Shown here in pieces: positions 36,542-36,698 of a DNA stretch of 36,698 bases (the stretch's first letter is position 1; every line of letters begins with the position of its first letter). Position numbers and translations under genes: made by a program. The notes under the pieces are model-generated. The model did no database searches. It saw nothing but the letters and a program-made list of their open reading frames with translations, and was not told the origin of the DNA. The DNA comes from a virus (lineage: Duplodnaviria; Caudoviricetes): positions 1-36,698 of the IMG/VR virus record IMGVR_UViG_3300032011_000046, one strand, 5' to 3'.

Positions 36542-36698
36542 AACTAGGAGTATGTGTCCCTTATAGAAATAGAGAGTTACATATGCATGAATTTATTCCT
36601 AAGGTAGGAAAATATCTTAAGAATAAAAATATTGATTTTCAAATATATTTTTGTCATCAAGTAGATGATAAACTGTTTAATAGAGGAGCTACAAAAAA
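36538..36698 (+). CDS. Second GT7-like glycosyltransferase (5' partial, runs off window)
   Basis: ATG at 36538 reads MKLGVCVPYRNRE...HQVDDKLFNRGATK. Confidence 0.85.
   Translation, partial: MKLGVCVPYRNRELHMHEFIPKVGKYLKNKNIDFQIYFCHQVDDKLFNRGATK

Noticed and set aside
1-36698. Stop-codon reassignment as in some large phages
   Set aside because: Conserved genes are intact in the standard code, and TAA, TAG and TGA all end genes at tight junctions

Overview
AT-rich, gene-dense, entirely + strand segment of a large T4-related (gp17/gp20/gp21/gp23-type) dsDNA phage, read in the standard code. The lipoprotein style and SD-less A-rich starts suggest a Bacteroidota host (inference). Order: primase and PD-(D/E)XK nuclease; a lipoprotein overlapping a zeta-toxin-like P-loop kinase; an HxGH nucleotidyltransferase-HEXXH fusion; a HAD nucleotidase; about 8 kb of charged hypothetical proteins; terminase, portal, prohead protease, scaffold and major capsid; neck and tail-completion genes; Ser/Thr-rich fibre-like genes; a glycosyl/methyltransferase cluster. 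The most interesting signal is a putative head-cargo system. Many ORFs, including enzymes, share an MKLxx(I/L)(I/L)xE-type leader resembling a capsid-targeting sequence. Three long proteins look like strings of short modules punctuated by (hydrophobic)-x-E sites like those cut by T4-type prohead protease. Also notable: a recurrent TATTTATA motif before late genes, a terminator-promoter duplication flanking a small membrane gene, a GC-rich structured 5' leader, and a 239-nt same-strand dual-coding overlap. All family assignments come from motif recognition by eye; no searches were run.
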